Shown in pieces: positions 54,758-64,000 of a stretch of DNA of 64,000 bases. Made by a program: the position numbers and the translations under genes. The stretch is from Octopus vulgaris (Eukaryota), in contig OX597823.1 in the NCBI GenBank assembly GCA_951406725.2, forward strand, positions 36,766,001 to 36,830,000, given 5' to 3'. Within the stretch, counting starts at the first letter, position 1; each line of letters begins with the position of its first letter. The notes below the pieces were generated by a model. That model was not told the origin of the DNA and searched no databases. It was given only the letters and a program-made list of their open reading frames with translations.

Positions 54758-56760
54758 TATACACACATACATGTATACACATGCACACTGATGCACATGC
54801 ACACAAACAAAAAGGACGCAGCTCTTATAATGGACAGAGTCCATTGCAAGATGCAATGAAAATTTTAGAAAAAAATAAGTAAATGAGTGGAAATCAAACT
54901 GGTGAATGTGTCAAATAATAAGGCATTAAAAGAGAATGACTCTCCCCAGACACAATAAAAGACAAAGATAGCTTTTTCTTTAAGGTTAGCATCTAAATAG
55001 ATAACGTTCTCCTTCCTTCTCTCTCTCCCTTTCTCATCATAATCAAACATATTTGACAATCCTCCCTTTTCTTACTTAAATATACTTGTTTTTCTTCTTA
55101 GACTCCAGTGTTTGTAACTTTGCAAGATGGCGCTGTGGCAGCTAATGGTCTGGCCCAAAACCCCGCTCCAGCCATGGTTGCAAATGAAGCTGGCGCCAAC
55201 AATCTCAACATCAATGTATCAACCAAGAGTCAAGCTATGGATGATGTTTTAGAAATATTGATTAGAAATGGAGGTTAGTCAGTTGGTTTTGGATTTGATT
55301 TCATATTTTATTTCCTGTCTTGCCAGTGGGAGTGGGGGTGTTTTCTATGAAAATACAGTTGAACATTTTGCTTCACCTTTCTATATTTATTCATTTATTG
55401 TTGGAGCCAGTTCTCAATTGTTAATTATGGAAGTTAAACTCTTTGTACTTGAAAGTTTTTTTTTTATAAAATTTGTGTGGAATTTCATTTATGCAGTTTG
55501 TACTTTATAGTACTTTAAAGCAGTCTGTATGTTGGATATAAACTATTTAAAAGTTATTTTGGAATGCTGTAATCAGAACTGATAACATTGGAATCGAATT
55601 TCAAATCCTCTGCTTTTCTATTTCAAATTCCACTTACCAAAATCTTAATCAACTAACGAGAAAATGTGACTTAATGATCAATCTGACTGGATGTTTGTCA
55701 CAGTCAAGTTATTGGTTGTTGTTGGGTTTGAATTATCCTAACAGAACTATTTTTAGGGTTATAAACTTGCATAAGTAAGTTTTAGCTCAATGCTAAGAAA
55801 ACTAGTGGGTTTTGTTGCTTTATTATGTTGGTGTTTAACTTCAAATTTTTGTAAAAAGATGTGGCATTAGAAATTTCTGATTTGAAGAATTTTTGATGTA
55901 GCTCAAATTTTAAACAGACAAACTTTAACTGCTACAGATATTTCTTTATAATACATTTTAGGTTTTATCTCTTAAGAAATAGTATTAATGATACTGTTTG
56001 GTCAGTAAGTATAGAAATGATTATATCAGTATTTTATTGTTTTGTTTGCTTGCTTATTTCAGAACTTCCTCCAAGTGCAGCACAAGAACCCCCTCCAACA
56101 CCAAAAACAACAAGCCAGACGCCAACAACATCAACGATTACTGTAACCCAAGTTGTTGCCACCAGCAGCAGCACAAGTTCAGCATTTTCTGTGGCTACGA
56201 TGTTAATGCCATCACCATCATTGCCACTCCACAACAATGTATCTACAACAGCTGTTAATCAGCGACCTGTGGTGTCAGTGTTGGCACCAGTCTTGATAAA
56301 ACAAGAACCTGATATTTCATCATCGCCACCAACCTTAACTTGTGATGGAACCAGCCACGAATTTGTTGATATTAATGACGTTCTTAGCCAAGATTTTAAC
56401 AATATGGACTGGACATCAGACAACAGCTTCCCCAGCTTGGATCTTCCAGATATCTTTACTGATCAGAAAATGACCAACTCTAGTGTGCCAATAATTAATA
56501 AAATAGATGCTGCCAACCCCGGTTCTTCATCAGATTTAGATGTACTGAATTTACCACAAGACTCAGAAACCTCTTGCAACATGCAAATAGATGTATCGGA
56601 CTGGTTGGATGCTTCCTTCTCTTCAGCATCACTCAACACACCCATCTCTTTCACATCATCAGACCCAATTCTAACACCCAAAACACAACAAGATGTTTTA
56701 TTTAATTTTGTCGAAGCTGATTTCTCAAGTGTTTCTGATACTCAGTGTGGTATGGATTAG
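1..56760 (+). CDS. MRTF: Myocardin-related transcription factor (MRTF/MKL family), multi-exon gene; 5' part may lie upstream of the window
   Basis: Joined exons translate without a stop: ...QAMDKNKES|[22 protein letters not shown]|[18 protein letters not shown]|[26 protein letters not shown]|[42 protein letters not shown]... then B1 ([14 protein letters not shown]), Q box ([13 protein letters not shown]), SAP, leucine zipper, [27 protein letters not shown]. This is the myocardin-family domain order. All junctions are GT-AG and phase-compatible. Confidence 0.95.
443..744. repeat. 64-bp inverted repeat (443-506 / 681-744), MITE-like or fold-back
   Basis: TGTACAATAACTG...GAAGCGACAAT and its reverse complement match at 63/64 positions; 174-nt spacer; next to a (TA)n tract. 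Confidence 0.85.
852..1150 (-). mobile_element. tRNA-derived SINE, young and CpG-rich (Arg-like head, resembles octopus OR-type SINEs)
   Basis: Minus strand starts GGAGGCGCAATGGCCTAGTGGTTAGGGCAGCGGACTCGCGGTCGTAGGATCGCGGTTTCGATTCCC: A box, B box, TCG at the anticodon position; embedded in TA-rich repeats. Confidence 0.8.
3466..3595. repeat. Near-perfect palindrome around (CAT)n/(GAT)n
   Basis: GATGAATTATCTACG-T6-AAAT(CAT)8CGTTTAG, 11-nt loop, then the exact reverse complement except A13 instead of A6. Confidence 0.92.
11195..11615 (+). mobile_element. Degenerate composite element: tRNA-SINE head + RTE-LINE 3' tail
   Basis: Head ATGGCTGTGTGGTTAAGAAG...GGTTCACTCCC; 3' part GGAGTGGTTGACGTTAAGAAGGGCATC...TAAATGATGTTGATG matches the LINE tail at 21520-21680 and 50027-50190. 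Confidence 0.6.
11820..13210 (-). mobile_element. RTE-type LINE, 5'-truncated fragment (end of RT region + 3' UTR with about 60-bp tandem units)
   Basis: Minus strand reads WPCSNCRKG...[12 protein letters not shown]...[17 protein letters not shown]...LRWYGHV; colinear with the copy at 21520-23310. Confidence 0.85.
15986..16051 (+). CDS. MRTF: MRTF exon, RPEL1 ([21 protein letters not shown])
   Basis: Pyrimidine tract + TTTCAG acceptor, C|GTAAGT donor, 66 nt, phase 1-1; RRxxxEL form as in vertebrate MRTF RPEL1. Confidence 0.93.
16677..17110 (-). mobile_element. Two tandem copies of SINE family A (AAGGCGGCGAGCTGGCAGAA...GAGTTCAAATTC...TTTCATCCTTTC...AGAAAGGA(TTA)n)
   Basis: Reverse complement of the repeat at 34084-34760 and 52402-53100; B-box-like GAGTTCAAATTCC; bounded by (TAA)n. 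Other minus copies near 9880-10020, 18692-18903, 25815-25950, 40765-40972, 59780-59890. Confidence 0.8.
17135..17535 (+). mobile_element. R4/Dong-like non-LTR retrotransposon relic (restriction-like endonuclease C-terminus)
   Basis: With frameshifts and stops it reads [22 protein letters not shown]...IEIAKMCQL...[17 protein letters not shown]...[18 protein letters not shown]; ends in (TAA)n. Confidence 0.75.
17536..18674 (-). mobile_element. Internally deleted Helitron with both termini
   Basis: 5' TCTTATATATATTAAAA; 3' hairpin CCCAGGCAATGCCGGG then CTAG; inserted between A and T with no TSD; codes [16 protein letters not shown]...[14 protein letters not shown]...PQFLQLYF, typical of the Helitron Rep/Hel N-terminal region. 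Confidence 0.88.
19200..19570 (+). mobile_element. tRNA-derived SINE family B (GGCTGTGTGGTAAGAAGCTTGCTTCCCAACCAC...) with internal TA/TG microsatellite
   Basis: A/B-box head, CORE-like CCTTGGGCAAGT in the better-preserved copy at 37365. Other copies at about 15310-15605(+), 29303-29690(-), 37365-37572(+), 52433-52646(-), 59230-59385(+). Confidence 0.8.
20316..20371 (+). CDS. MRTF: MRTF exon, RPEL1-RPEL2 spacer ([18 protein letters not shown])
   Basis: TTGCAG acceptor, AAG|GTAGAG donor, 56 nt, phase 1-0; resembles vertebrate LKSPAAFHEQRRSLERAR. Confidence 0.92.
21520..23310 (-). mobile_element. RTE-type LINE fragment with RT remnants and (GAT)n tail
   Basis: ORF 22205-22780 ([11 protein letters not shown]...AWAKFR...LRWYGHVL); upstream LLFADDL and VGVHQGS motifs on the minus strand; tail seen as (CAT)nCGTTTAA on plus. 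Confidence 0.9.
23678..24071. mobile_element. hAT (Charlie-like) MITE
   Basis: TIRs CAGTGGTCCTCAAC / GTTGAGAACCACTA; exact 8-bp TSD GTTTAGAT at 23670-23677 and 24072-24079. Confidence 0.88.
26600..28050 (-). mobile_element. Older, internally deleted RTE-type LINE fragment (RT domain)
   Basis: ORF 27396-27668 [15 protein letters not shown]...[11 protein letters not shown] (RT motifs) and ORF 26906-27091 [10 protein letters not shown]. Confidence 0.88.
28955..29295 (+). mobile_element. RTE 3' UTR/tail fragment, sense orientation
   Basis: GCTGTGCTTGAGAAGA...GGAGTGGTTTGTGTTAGGAAGGGAATCC...GGACATTAAATGACGATG. Shorter tails near 10020-10130, 32340-32520 and 34790-34914. Confidence 0.7.
31934..32009 (+). 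CDS. MRTF: MRTF exon, RPEL2 ([25 protein letters not shown])
   Basis: TTTCAG acceptor, AAG|GTGAGT donor, 76 nt, phase 0-1. Confidence 0.93.
33030..33900 (-). mobile_element. R4/Dong-like non-LTR relic (zinc-knuckle region + RLE)
   Basis: Degenerate minus-strand translation: LKRETE...ADQDEVLNT...KCHFC...HDDKVC...FDIQ...TDIA...KYIELK...[13 protein letters not shown]; the 3' end runs into (TAA)n at about 33028-33041. Confidence 0.65.
33940..35255 (+). mobile_element. Head-to-tail array of about six full or partial SINE family A copies
   Basis: Repeats of TTTCATCCTTT...ATAAA.TAAGTACC...CACTGGGGT.ATGTAAT.GACT...GGCCTTGTG separated by (TTA)n; full heads near 34084, 34306 and 34531. Confidence 0.85.
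35256..35417 (+). CDS. MRTF: MRTF exon, B2 basic box and RPEL3 ([30 protein letters not shown])
   Basis: TTCAG acceptor, AAG|GTTAGT donor, 162 nt, phase 1-1; canonical RPGPLEL. Confidence 0.95.
35470..35641. repeat. Compound (CA)n/(TA)n microsatellite
   Basis: Directly visible; source of the His/Thr- and Val/Cys-rich spurious ORFs. Confidence 0.95.
37573..38130 (-). mobile_element. Mariner transposase relic
   Basis: Minus strand CCACCATATTCACCAGACCTTGCACCAACTGACTATCAT = [13 protein letters not shown], preceded by YINQLDEM. Confidence 0.8.
40073..40204. repeat. Long (TA)n microsatellite
   Basis: Directly visible; similar tracts at 404-441, 38607-38653, 42978-43022 and 54715-54754. Confidence 0.95.
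42290..42518. mobile_element. piggyBac-like MITE
   Basis: TTAA at both ends; degenerate TIRs TCCATTAGCATTCA / TGAATGCTAAAAGGT. Confidence 0.6.
45344..46447. mobile_element. piggyBac-like MITE split by a mariner insertion
   Basis: TTAACCCTTTTGATACCA at the left end, degenerate TATGGTAAAAATGTTAA at the right end; interrupted at a TA by the element at 45480-46367. Confidence 0.5.
45480..46367 (-). mobile_element. Mariner deletion derivative with both TIRs
   Basis: TA|CAAGGGGTACTCAAAAGAAACCGGAA ... TTCCTGTTACTTTTAGGTACCCCCTCA|TA; minus strand codes [14 protein letters not shown]. Confidence 0.85.
47069..49571 (+). CDS. MRTF: MRTF large exon (2503 nt): B1, Q box, poly-His/Gln, SAP (about 48076-48180), leucine zipper, SP repeat array
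   Basis: Core of ORF 47011-49818; acceptor CTGCAG|AG (G+AG=Glu); SAP motif [31 protein letters not shown]; donor CCCAG|GTATAG chosen because its phase 2 fits the next exon. Confidence 0.93.
50027..50340 (-). mobile_element. Young RTE 3' UTR fragment with 62-bp tandem units, inserted in (TA)n
   Basis: (CAT)n tail; unit TTTATGTGCCACCGACACAGGTG recurs at 50191, 50253 and 50315; CpGs retained. Confidence 0.8.
50630..51835. repeat. Fold-back-like composite repeat (nested inverted and direct sub-repeats)
   Basis: 50944-50962 vs 51610-51628 inverted 19/19; 51141-51171 vs 51492-51522 inverted 30/31; about 51280-51322 directly repeated at about 51788-51830. Confidence 0.7.
52147..52348 (+). CDS. MRTF: MRTF exon with PPxY motif ([11 protein letters not shown])
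   Basis: Inside ORF 52115-52429; TTTCAG acceptor (phase 2), CAG|GTGAAT donor (phase 0); PPxY-E/D-E-A is a myocardin-family motif. Confidence 0.88.
52402..53100 (+). mobile_element. Two SINE family A copies; the first is interrupted by an antisense family B fragment (52433-52646)
   Basis: Head AAGGCGGCGAGCTGGCAGAATCGTTAGCATGC breaks off and resumes at GGGTGAAATGCTTA after the insert; (TTA)n spacers. Confidence 0.8.
53311..54100 (+). mobile_element. Penelope-like element relic (post-RT linker + GIY-YIG endonuclease)
   Basis: SGYDQKDR...[14 protein letters not shown]...[14 protein letters not shown], then after a frameshift NVVYSIKC...[17 protein letters not shown]...LYQHAKDQH...[10 protein letters not shown]...LNRE. 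Confidence 0.8.
54360..54800. repeat. Diverged tandem duplication (about 190-bp period) of a CA-rich unit
   Basis: CAGATGCA...CACACAAACCCATACA...CACACTCAAACATGC...CAGAGGTACAC starts at 54361 and again at 54551. Confidence 0.7.
55102..55273 (+). CDS. MRTF: MRTF exon ending in [15 protein letters not shown]
   Basis: TTCTTCTTAG acceptor, GAG|GTTAGT donor, 172 nt, phase 0-1; matches the vertebrate SQQMDDLFDILIxSGE motif. Not in the ORF track. Confidence 0.9.
56063..56760 (+). CDS. MRTF: MRTF terminal coding exon (acidic transactivation region)
   Basis: TTTCAG acceptor, G+AA=Glu continues into ORF 56017-56760; acidic/aromatic motifs (FNNMDW, DVSDWLD); TAG stop ends at 56760. Confidence 0.9.
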
Positions 56761-57937
56761 GCTAAGCGAACAAATCTGTTAATAATTTGAAATCGGTCGC
56801 CAATGGTTTGAATGGTGAGTTTTAGTCATGAATTAAACACACATTTAACTATCTTGGCTCTACTTCCAAGATTGAACCAGTTGGCAGCAGGATAAAGATA
56901 GCCTGCGATAATTATCAGAAGAGCTGTGTGTTTGATCTGCCAGCACAGCCATGGAGATCACTGTATAACTGCATTAACTAATACAGCACATTGGAATGTC
57001 GTTCACTGAACCTCATATACACTCACATAATTTTAGTACATCCTGCCTAGAAAGTGGAGGAGGGAGAGGTTTGGAGTTCATCACAAGAACATATTCTCTT
57101 ACCCATTGGCTAAATTCTGGTACATAAAAATCTGGTTTTTGTTTTTGAGAGGAGTACAATCCTTTGTGGAATTAACTCTAGCTTTGGAGAAATTCATACT
57201 AGAAAGTTTTTGATTGCTCCAAAGGAGAAGTTTCTTCAGTAGAAGAGAAACCATTCTTTTTCTTTTATTATCATTATTTTTTTTAATACTTCTTTCTGAA
57301 TTCCTCCCAAATTCCTCTTGCTTGTAATCTAGATGCAAAAAAAAAAATCACTGTTTTACAAATTTCTGTTTAGCTTTCTCTGACTTATTGACTTTTTAAA
57401 TTTAAAAACAGAAAACAACACTCCCCCACCCAACAAAAAAAAAACTGAACTTGAGATTTTAATGGTCCACTGCCCTTCTTCACTCAATGTGTCCTTCCTC
57501 TTCTTTCCTCATTGCACAAATTAATCACTTGATAACTGTTCAATTTTGGCTCTTGCCCTTGCTCTTCCTTCCTTCTTTCTCTCCCAATCTTCATAGTTGA
57601 CTGCTGGGAAGTATCTGTTATGGGGGAGACTTTACTATGCTCTCCTTCTTTTCTTTGTTTTACTCAATATACTAAATTACCAGCTTTATTCAGTGGGAAC
57701 GACTTGTATTTTTTTGTACATGTAAGGTTTAATGATCAATGCTAAATAGTAAAAAAAAATGGTAAAAAACATTGCATTTTTGGTGAAGGTTAGGGAATGG
57801 GGGATATTGTGTACTGACATGCATGTACACACCTACATGACTACACACATTCACACAACCAGACATCAATCAATGCATACACATTCAAACCCAGCTCTTC
57901 AAAGTTCTCTTTCTGTTGACACCTGAACACCCACATA

Positions 57938-57986
<49 letters not shown>

Positions 57987-58145
57987 GGTGCATCTACACA
58001 GTAGCTGATATTGAAGAAAGCTGCTATGTCCCAAACTGATAATTTCCCAAAGAAACTTTGGAAACTGTTTCTGTGAAATGGTCAACAAAGCACAAATGTA
58101 TTTGTGATACCAGGACCAACAAGTGTGTATAATAAACAGGAGAAA

Positions 58146-58187
<42 letters not shown>

Positions 58188-59200
58188 GGTGGAACTAACA
58201 AAAAGATAAAAATTGAAAAACTCTATCACTATTATGAATGTTGATTTAAGTTATGAGTGTGAATGCAAGTGAAGTCTGATTTAAAAACAAAATTACCAAC
58301 AAAAAAAAAACAAAAAGAGAAAAACCTTCCCTATAACAACCACAAAAAAATTTAATATCTTTGTTCTGTGATTGAAGCTTCCAGTTTGTTCCATGACCTG
58401 ACATGGTAACCACTGCCAACAGTGTCAAGTTACCATTGTGTCCACAAATCCATACTGACAACTGTCTAGTTGGCATTGCTTTTTTTTCCCAGCCACACAT
58501 TCGTACCTAGAATAACCCACCATGATCTATCTCTGATTCTCTTTCATGAGCTTTGATGTTTGGCTTGAATGGTGCAACAAACAAAATATCTTACAAGATT
58601 CACATGCAGTTGATTTTCTTGTTCTTTTTTTTTTGTCTTTTTTTTAACTTTCACTTTCTTCACACTCAGGTTATGAAAAATGATTAAAAAAACAAAAAAA
58701 TCACTTTAAAAAAAAAACAAAATATGAACAATTATTTAAATTATTCTAATTTAAAGATTTTTGCATATTTATAAAGGTCATTCTTTTTCTTGATTTTCTT
58801 TTAATTTTTTTAATTGTTTATTTTTATTATTATTATTATCATTATTATTATTGTTATTATTATTGTTTTGTTTTTTTTTTGCTTCCTTCTACAGTCAGAA
58901 GAATCAAAAAAAATTTCCATCACACTAACAATATATGGAACATAAAATTAGTTAACCATTATTTCTTAATTTTGTTATTTTTTTCTTCCCTGTCCCCTCC
59001 CTCAGGTGCAGTGAGGGGTGGTACTGGTAGCAGTCAATTTGACATTTATTAGACAAGAAGCAGAGATTAAGTTTGTCTTTTGTGTTGGTCTTTTCCTCCA
59101 GAAATTCCAACTCATTGGATCTGAAGTGCGGTAATTTCATGCCTACAGTCATGAAAATTGTAAATGAGAGAACAGGTACTGTTACTTCCCATAGGCTATC
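56761..59200 (+). other. Probable long 3' UTR of MRTF (end undetermined)
   Basis: Follows the stop codon; about 2.4 kb with no recognisable SINE/LINE, unlike the introns; U/A-rich, with AATAAA at 58131. Confidence 0.4.
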
Positions 59201-59914
59201 AGGAGGTTAATACCAAAGCTAAAGAAATTTGTAGTAAGAAGTTTGCTTCCCAACCACATGGTTGCAAGTTCAGTTCCATTGCATAGTACCTTAGACATGT
59301 GTCTTCCACTATAGCCCCAGGCTGACAAAAGCTTGTGAGTAATTTTGGTTGACAGAAATTAAAAGTCTATCATATATAGATGTGTGTGAAAAAGTACTTA
59401 TGTTTCCACAAATGTGGAAAAGTACTTGTTTCCTGGCCAAGGGAATGTTATAACCATCTGAAGATTATCTAATATTTTAACTGACCAATGTCCGAGTATC
59501 TGCAAAGGTCATGGGCAATGCTTCTTTCTCCAGATTCAACAAAATTTAAATAATAACAATACTTCTGCTGCTGATGATAATAAAAGGAAGGCAAAAAATG
59601 AATAATGCAATTAAATGTGATTTGTTCAACAATGATTCTTTGCTATCAGAAAATAAAATAGAAAGCAATAGAATCTGTTGATTTACCATTCATGGAATAT
59701 TTTTGAAATATAAAATGAAATATCAGATATGTGATATATTGATGAGTAAAGCTATAATGATAATAGTAATAGTAATAATTTGGGGTTGGAAGCTAGTTGA
59801 TTACATTAACCCCAGTATTTCACTGTTACTTTTATTGACTCTGAAAGCATGAAAGGTAAAGTTGACATTGGTAGGATTTGAACTCAGAACACAAAGCCAA
59901 AGCCACAATTTAGC

Positions 59915-60220
59915 CAACAGGAGTACAAAAAGAATCAATACATATTAAGAGCTCTGACTGGAACTCTCAAAAATGTAGAATCTACAATCTAAAGCTGTAC
60001 CTTATTGGAACTCTTGATTTCATTCCTTACAAGTTTGTCACACACATCAGCGAGCTGGATGCAACACCTTGCATTAGAATGTTCAAATTATTAGCACCAT
60101 TGGGAACAGCTGACATCCTGTGATATGTACTCTCTGTCTATGGTCATGTGGTGTGATGGAGAGTTCAGAGTAAGTACCCAACTTTAAGTCATGCTAAAGT
60201 AAGAAAGATATAATAATAAC
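59915..60220 (+). mobile_element. Third R4/Dong-like 3' relic
   Basis: Reads IGTLDFIPYKFVTHISELDATPCIRMFKLLAPLGTADIL*YVLSV, similar to the C-terminus at 17300-17430; ends in TAATAATAAC(AAC)n. Confidence 0.55.
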
Positions 60221-61129
60221 AACAACAACAACAACAACAACAACAGCAACAATAATAATAATTTAAATTGAGAATTAAGATTCTGCCAAAACTTCCTTTC
60301 ATGAATTATAAAGATCAGAGGGTTTAATGTTGAACTCTAAAGTTTTGAATATTTGGAACATCTCAGCTGCTGGACAAGATTCTGGACTGTCACAGATAAC
60401 TTTATCTAGAAAAGCCTTTAATCTGTTTCACAAAATTGTATGGATTAGATAAGGACTTAGGTAACTTGGGACCTCAGAACCTTATCAAATACTTGCACTG
60501 AATAATGCTCTATAGTTATTCCGCACGCCTCAACTGACAGTGTGCTATCATTATTGTTGATAAAGCCATCAAACAGCTAATTAGATGAAAATTTTGTGAA
60601 ACCAGTTTAATTAATGGCATTTAATTTTGTGTAACAGGTTCAGGGTTCCATTTTTGCCAGGGTCCAAGTTACTTTTTGTAGCTCTTGGGTGGTCAATAAA
60701 ATTAACATACAGAATCAACATTCATATTGAAAATTTCACAAATGAACAAAATGAAAGGAAAATAATATAAAATTCAAAGAAAAGAAAGGAGAGAAAATAT
60801 TTCAATATTGTTTGTGTTGAGTTGGCATGTAATGAAGGTTTTGATTAATTTTTAGGATTTGGTGGGGATGTTGACTCTATAGCAATGTCATTGGTTTTAT
60901 TTATATTTATGGATGATGATGAATATTGGTAGGTATAAGATATAATTATTAGCTTGGAGAAATGTGGGTGTTCAGGAAAATATGTTTCTTTTTCAACTGG
61001 AAACTTTACATATGCTCAGTCTTAAGTTTAATAGAAATGTAGAGTAAGGAATTTGTTTATCAAACCTTTCATGATGACAACAACAACTATAATAATATTT
61101 TCTTTATTAGCTAGGAAGACTCAAAGAGG

Positions 61130-61860
61130 ATAATATAAAGGACACTGTGGTGTGTGTGAATGTGATGTGTAAAACAAGTGATAGAAACAAATAACTATTA
61201 AATCATGCAATAGAGGGTGGGGATAGCTCCTTAAGTAAGGCTTAACAAGGAAACCCCACAAGACCACAATGACCATGAATACCAACAGCAAATTCCCTCT
61301 CTCACATTTCATTCCCCAGCCTACAGGTGTATGTTCAGAGTAGGCCCATTTACCACTCACCCACCATTTAAAGAATTTACTTAGGGCAACACCTCCCTCT
61401 CTGCCTTTAGCTCCTTCAAGTGGAACTTGAAAAAGTTAATGAGAATATGGCTAAGAGAAAGTGTCTGTTTTCATTCCTTTCAATTTTTTCTAACACACAA
61501 CTTTCACCCATTGTCACTGAACAAAAGAAAACCACCTGCCCTTCTTGCTCAAAGGTGATCTTTACTGTGGACCTCATTGATACATGGATCCATCCTAGTT
61601 GTGACAACAGCTGTCTGTCTAAACTCCACATGATAGTAATGCTCACACACACTGAGTGAGGGTGTGCCAAATAGTCTCTTTGCCCTGTGCACATCTTAGA
61701 CCTGGCTGCACTTCTGTGTTTGTAGAGTACGTGTTGAACTGGCCAGGGGTTTCTGGATGTTCTCCACAGTTCCAGGACTGAGAGTTTCCTCACAAAAACA
61801 TTGATGCTCTTTCTCAGCACTAGTCCTCTATAAGTTCCACTGATCATATTGCTTGACTGG
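61130..61860 (-). mobile_element. L1/Tx1-like LINE relic (C-terminal zinc-finger region)
   Basis: ORF 61416-61847 plus a shifted frame gives PVQHVLYKH...LRCAQGKETIWHTLTQCV...MW, resembling the CxxC..ET..H....C..W motif downstream of L1/Tx1 RT. Confidence 0.5.
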
Positions 61861-64000
61861 TAGAGAGTTATAAGAGGCTGACAACATTGTGACAGTTAAT
61901 ATTTTATTTTGTTTCCTTAGCAATTGTTGGGTCTGAAGTTCAAATCCTCTTAGCAGTTTTACCATTTCATCATTTATGAGGCAGCTTGGGCCTCGGAAAG
62001 AAACTTGTCATCTTTGGGATTAAGATAGTTAAAAAGAGGGACATTAAATGTATCATTGAAAGTTTTAAGTGAAAATGTGAAAAAAAAAAAACTTGGGGAA
62101 AAAAACTACCCCACTTCAGACCAATATGTAGTCTTATAGATTTGTTAGAAAGGAGCTGTCATATTCATGCCCTTCCCAAACTGATATTGATATATGTCAG
62201 CTGTGAATTTAGATCAAAGGCATTCCAAATATGACCATACTTTTTTTTTCACCTGTTTTTATGTATAATGTATCTAGAATTACATTATGCAATGTGTCCT
62301 TCAAACAGTGAAGTGTTGAGAGAATTTGGGTGCTATTTCCAGCAGGTGGGGCAACTCTTATTTGCTCCAGGGGCCAGTTGGTACAGTCAACAACATGGGT
62401 TTTATACATCCAATATTTGATAATATCTTAAACAGATTTAAAATCCCCCTCATCTCCCTCCAGTACAATACACTTTGATCAAATCATCTGTTACAAATTT
62501 GCTAATGGACTTAAGACTAAAGCCTACAACTTCAAAAATTTCTAGGGATTTTAGGGTGTTAGGTTTTTAAGTTTGAATCCCACTGAGAATATGTACATAT
62601 TGGAGCAGCCCATGCTGCAGCTATTGTATTTTCTCTGAGCAAGGTGCTTGACTCAGCTTTCCTAAGACTATTTTTTAAGAAATCAACATTATATTTTCTC
62701 TTTCTCACTGAAACATGTTTGTATGTGTAAACTTATAAATGTATAATACAATGTATGTGTGTGTATGTATATGTTCATATATATATATATTTATAAATAC
62801 ACACATATATACACACTCCAATATGTATATAATGTTTGTATGTATAGTGTATGTCTGTGTGTGTATGTTTATTTAGAAATGTGTGTGTTTCATGTAATGC
62901 CTCTATATATTTATTTCTTTGTGTTTATATATTCCATCACATCACCTGGTTTCTGTAAATGATGGTTAAACAGCGATATGACCTACAATTTTAAGAAGCA
63001 TTGCAACTGGATTTACACACACATTCATTTTTCTGTTGATGAGGAGCAGTAACTTCTAAGGAAAACTAATTAAAAGTGTATCTTTATATACTCATGCCAT
63101 ATATGCATACATACATACATACATGTGTGTGTATATGTACTGAATGAGTATAGGTATATGTACACTTGCATATACCTAAAATCTTACAGGGAACTTTGAA
63201 AATCTTTACAGATTATCTACAGAAATTTAATGATTTATGTTTAAAAATGTAACTTTTGACAAAAGTACGCTAATTGTATAAATGATAGTTGAAGGGTTAA
63301 TATGTGAAAGAAAAATTATTAGGAAGATTGTAATGAGTTTTTTTAAACAGTAAAACTTCTGAGCCTCTCTCTATATGTTCCCCTCTACACACATATATAT
63401 GTATGTGGGTGTTTACATGTATGCATATAAATGTATGATGTCTGTAGCCTCATACACACACATATCTCTGACATTTTGATAATCTGTTTTGAAATGGTCA
63501 TTCCTTAAATCCCTTTTAACCCCGACAATATCAAAATTGGAAGTTATTTGGGCAGAAGGGACTTTCTTTTTCCTTCCTCCTTCTTTCACCCCCCTGTTAT
63601 ATATTACTGCACTATATTCTTAAATTTTTGCAATTTCTAGAGTATTAACTCCCCCTCCCTAACCACCCTGGAATTGAAGGAGTAAAACAATTCAGTGAAA
63701 ATTATAGGTTGGCATTTGTACTTTGGCTTCTCATTGGTTGACCAGTATCTACCTTCTTCCTCACTTCTCATTAGTTAGTGCACTTTCAAACATTTATTTA
63801 ATCAGCCTCATCTTCAGCTGCATATTCAGTTTTATAATGATTCTGAGCTTAAAAAAAACTATTGGAGAAATAAATTCCGTTTTTGTCTTTTTATTTATTT
63901 GTGTCTCAATTATTATTATTATCATTATTATTATTAACCAAAATTTCATAGTTGTCCTATGAGCTTGTTATTCTGTATATTTATAGTTTTGCCACCGGAT

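Noticed and set aside
54270-54882. Cys/Val- or His/Thr-rich ORFs (also 7864-8222 and 35412-35734)
   Set aside because: They are translations of CA/TG/TA microsatellites open in several frames, with no coding signal.

Overview
AT-rich, microsatellite- and transposon-dense eukaryotic DNA. The SINE/LINE repertoire points to an octopus (coleoid cephalopod) genome; this is an inference. Most of the window (1-56760, + strand) is one multi-exon gene for a myocardin-related transcription factor (MRTF/MKL, an SRF co-activator). Nine exons were reconstructed by hand with GT-AG junctions and matching phases: 1-60 (cut by the window edge), 15986-16051, 20316-20371, 31934-32009, 35256-35417, 47069-49571, 52147-52348, 55102-55273 and 56063-56760. 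They give about 1330 aa within the window: three RPEL motifs, B1 basic box, Q box, SAP domain, leucine zipper, PPxY and a C-terminal activation domain. The introns and 3' flank hold several SINE families, RTE-type LINE fragments with a PHD-like finger in the RT region, R4/Dong-like relics ending in (TAA)n, a Helitron derivative with both termini, a Penelope GIY-YIG relic, a Tx1/L1 relic, mariner relics, and hAT- and piggyBac-like MITEs. Points worth following up: a 9-residue Ser-Pro tandem array in this MRTF, near-perfect intronic hairpins that could be ADAR substrates, a candidate cassette exon, in-frame intron read-throughs with hydrophobic tails, and (TAA)n tracts where several element classes pile up. 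Almost all short ORFs in the supplied track are microsatellite or TE noise. No wholly new biological system could be demonstrated from the sequence alone.
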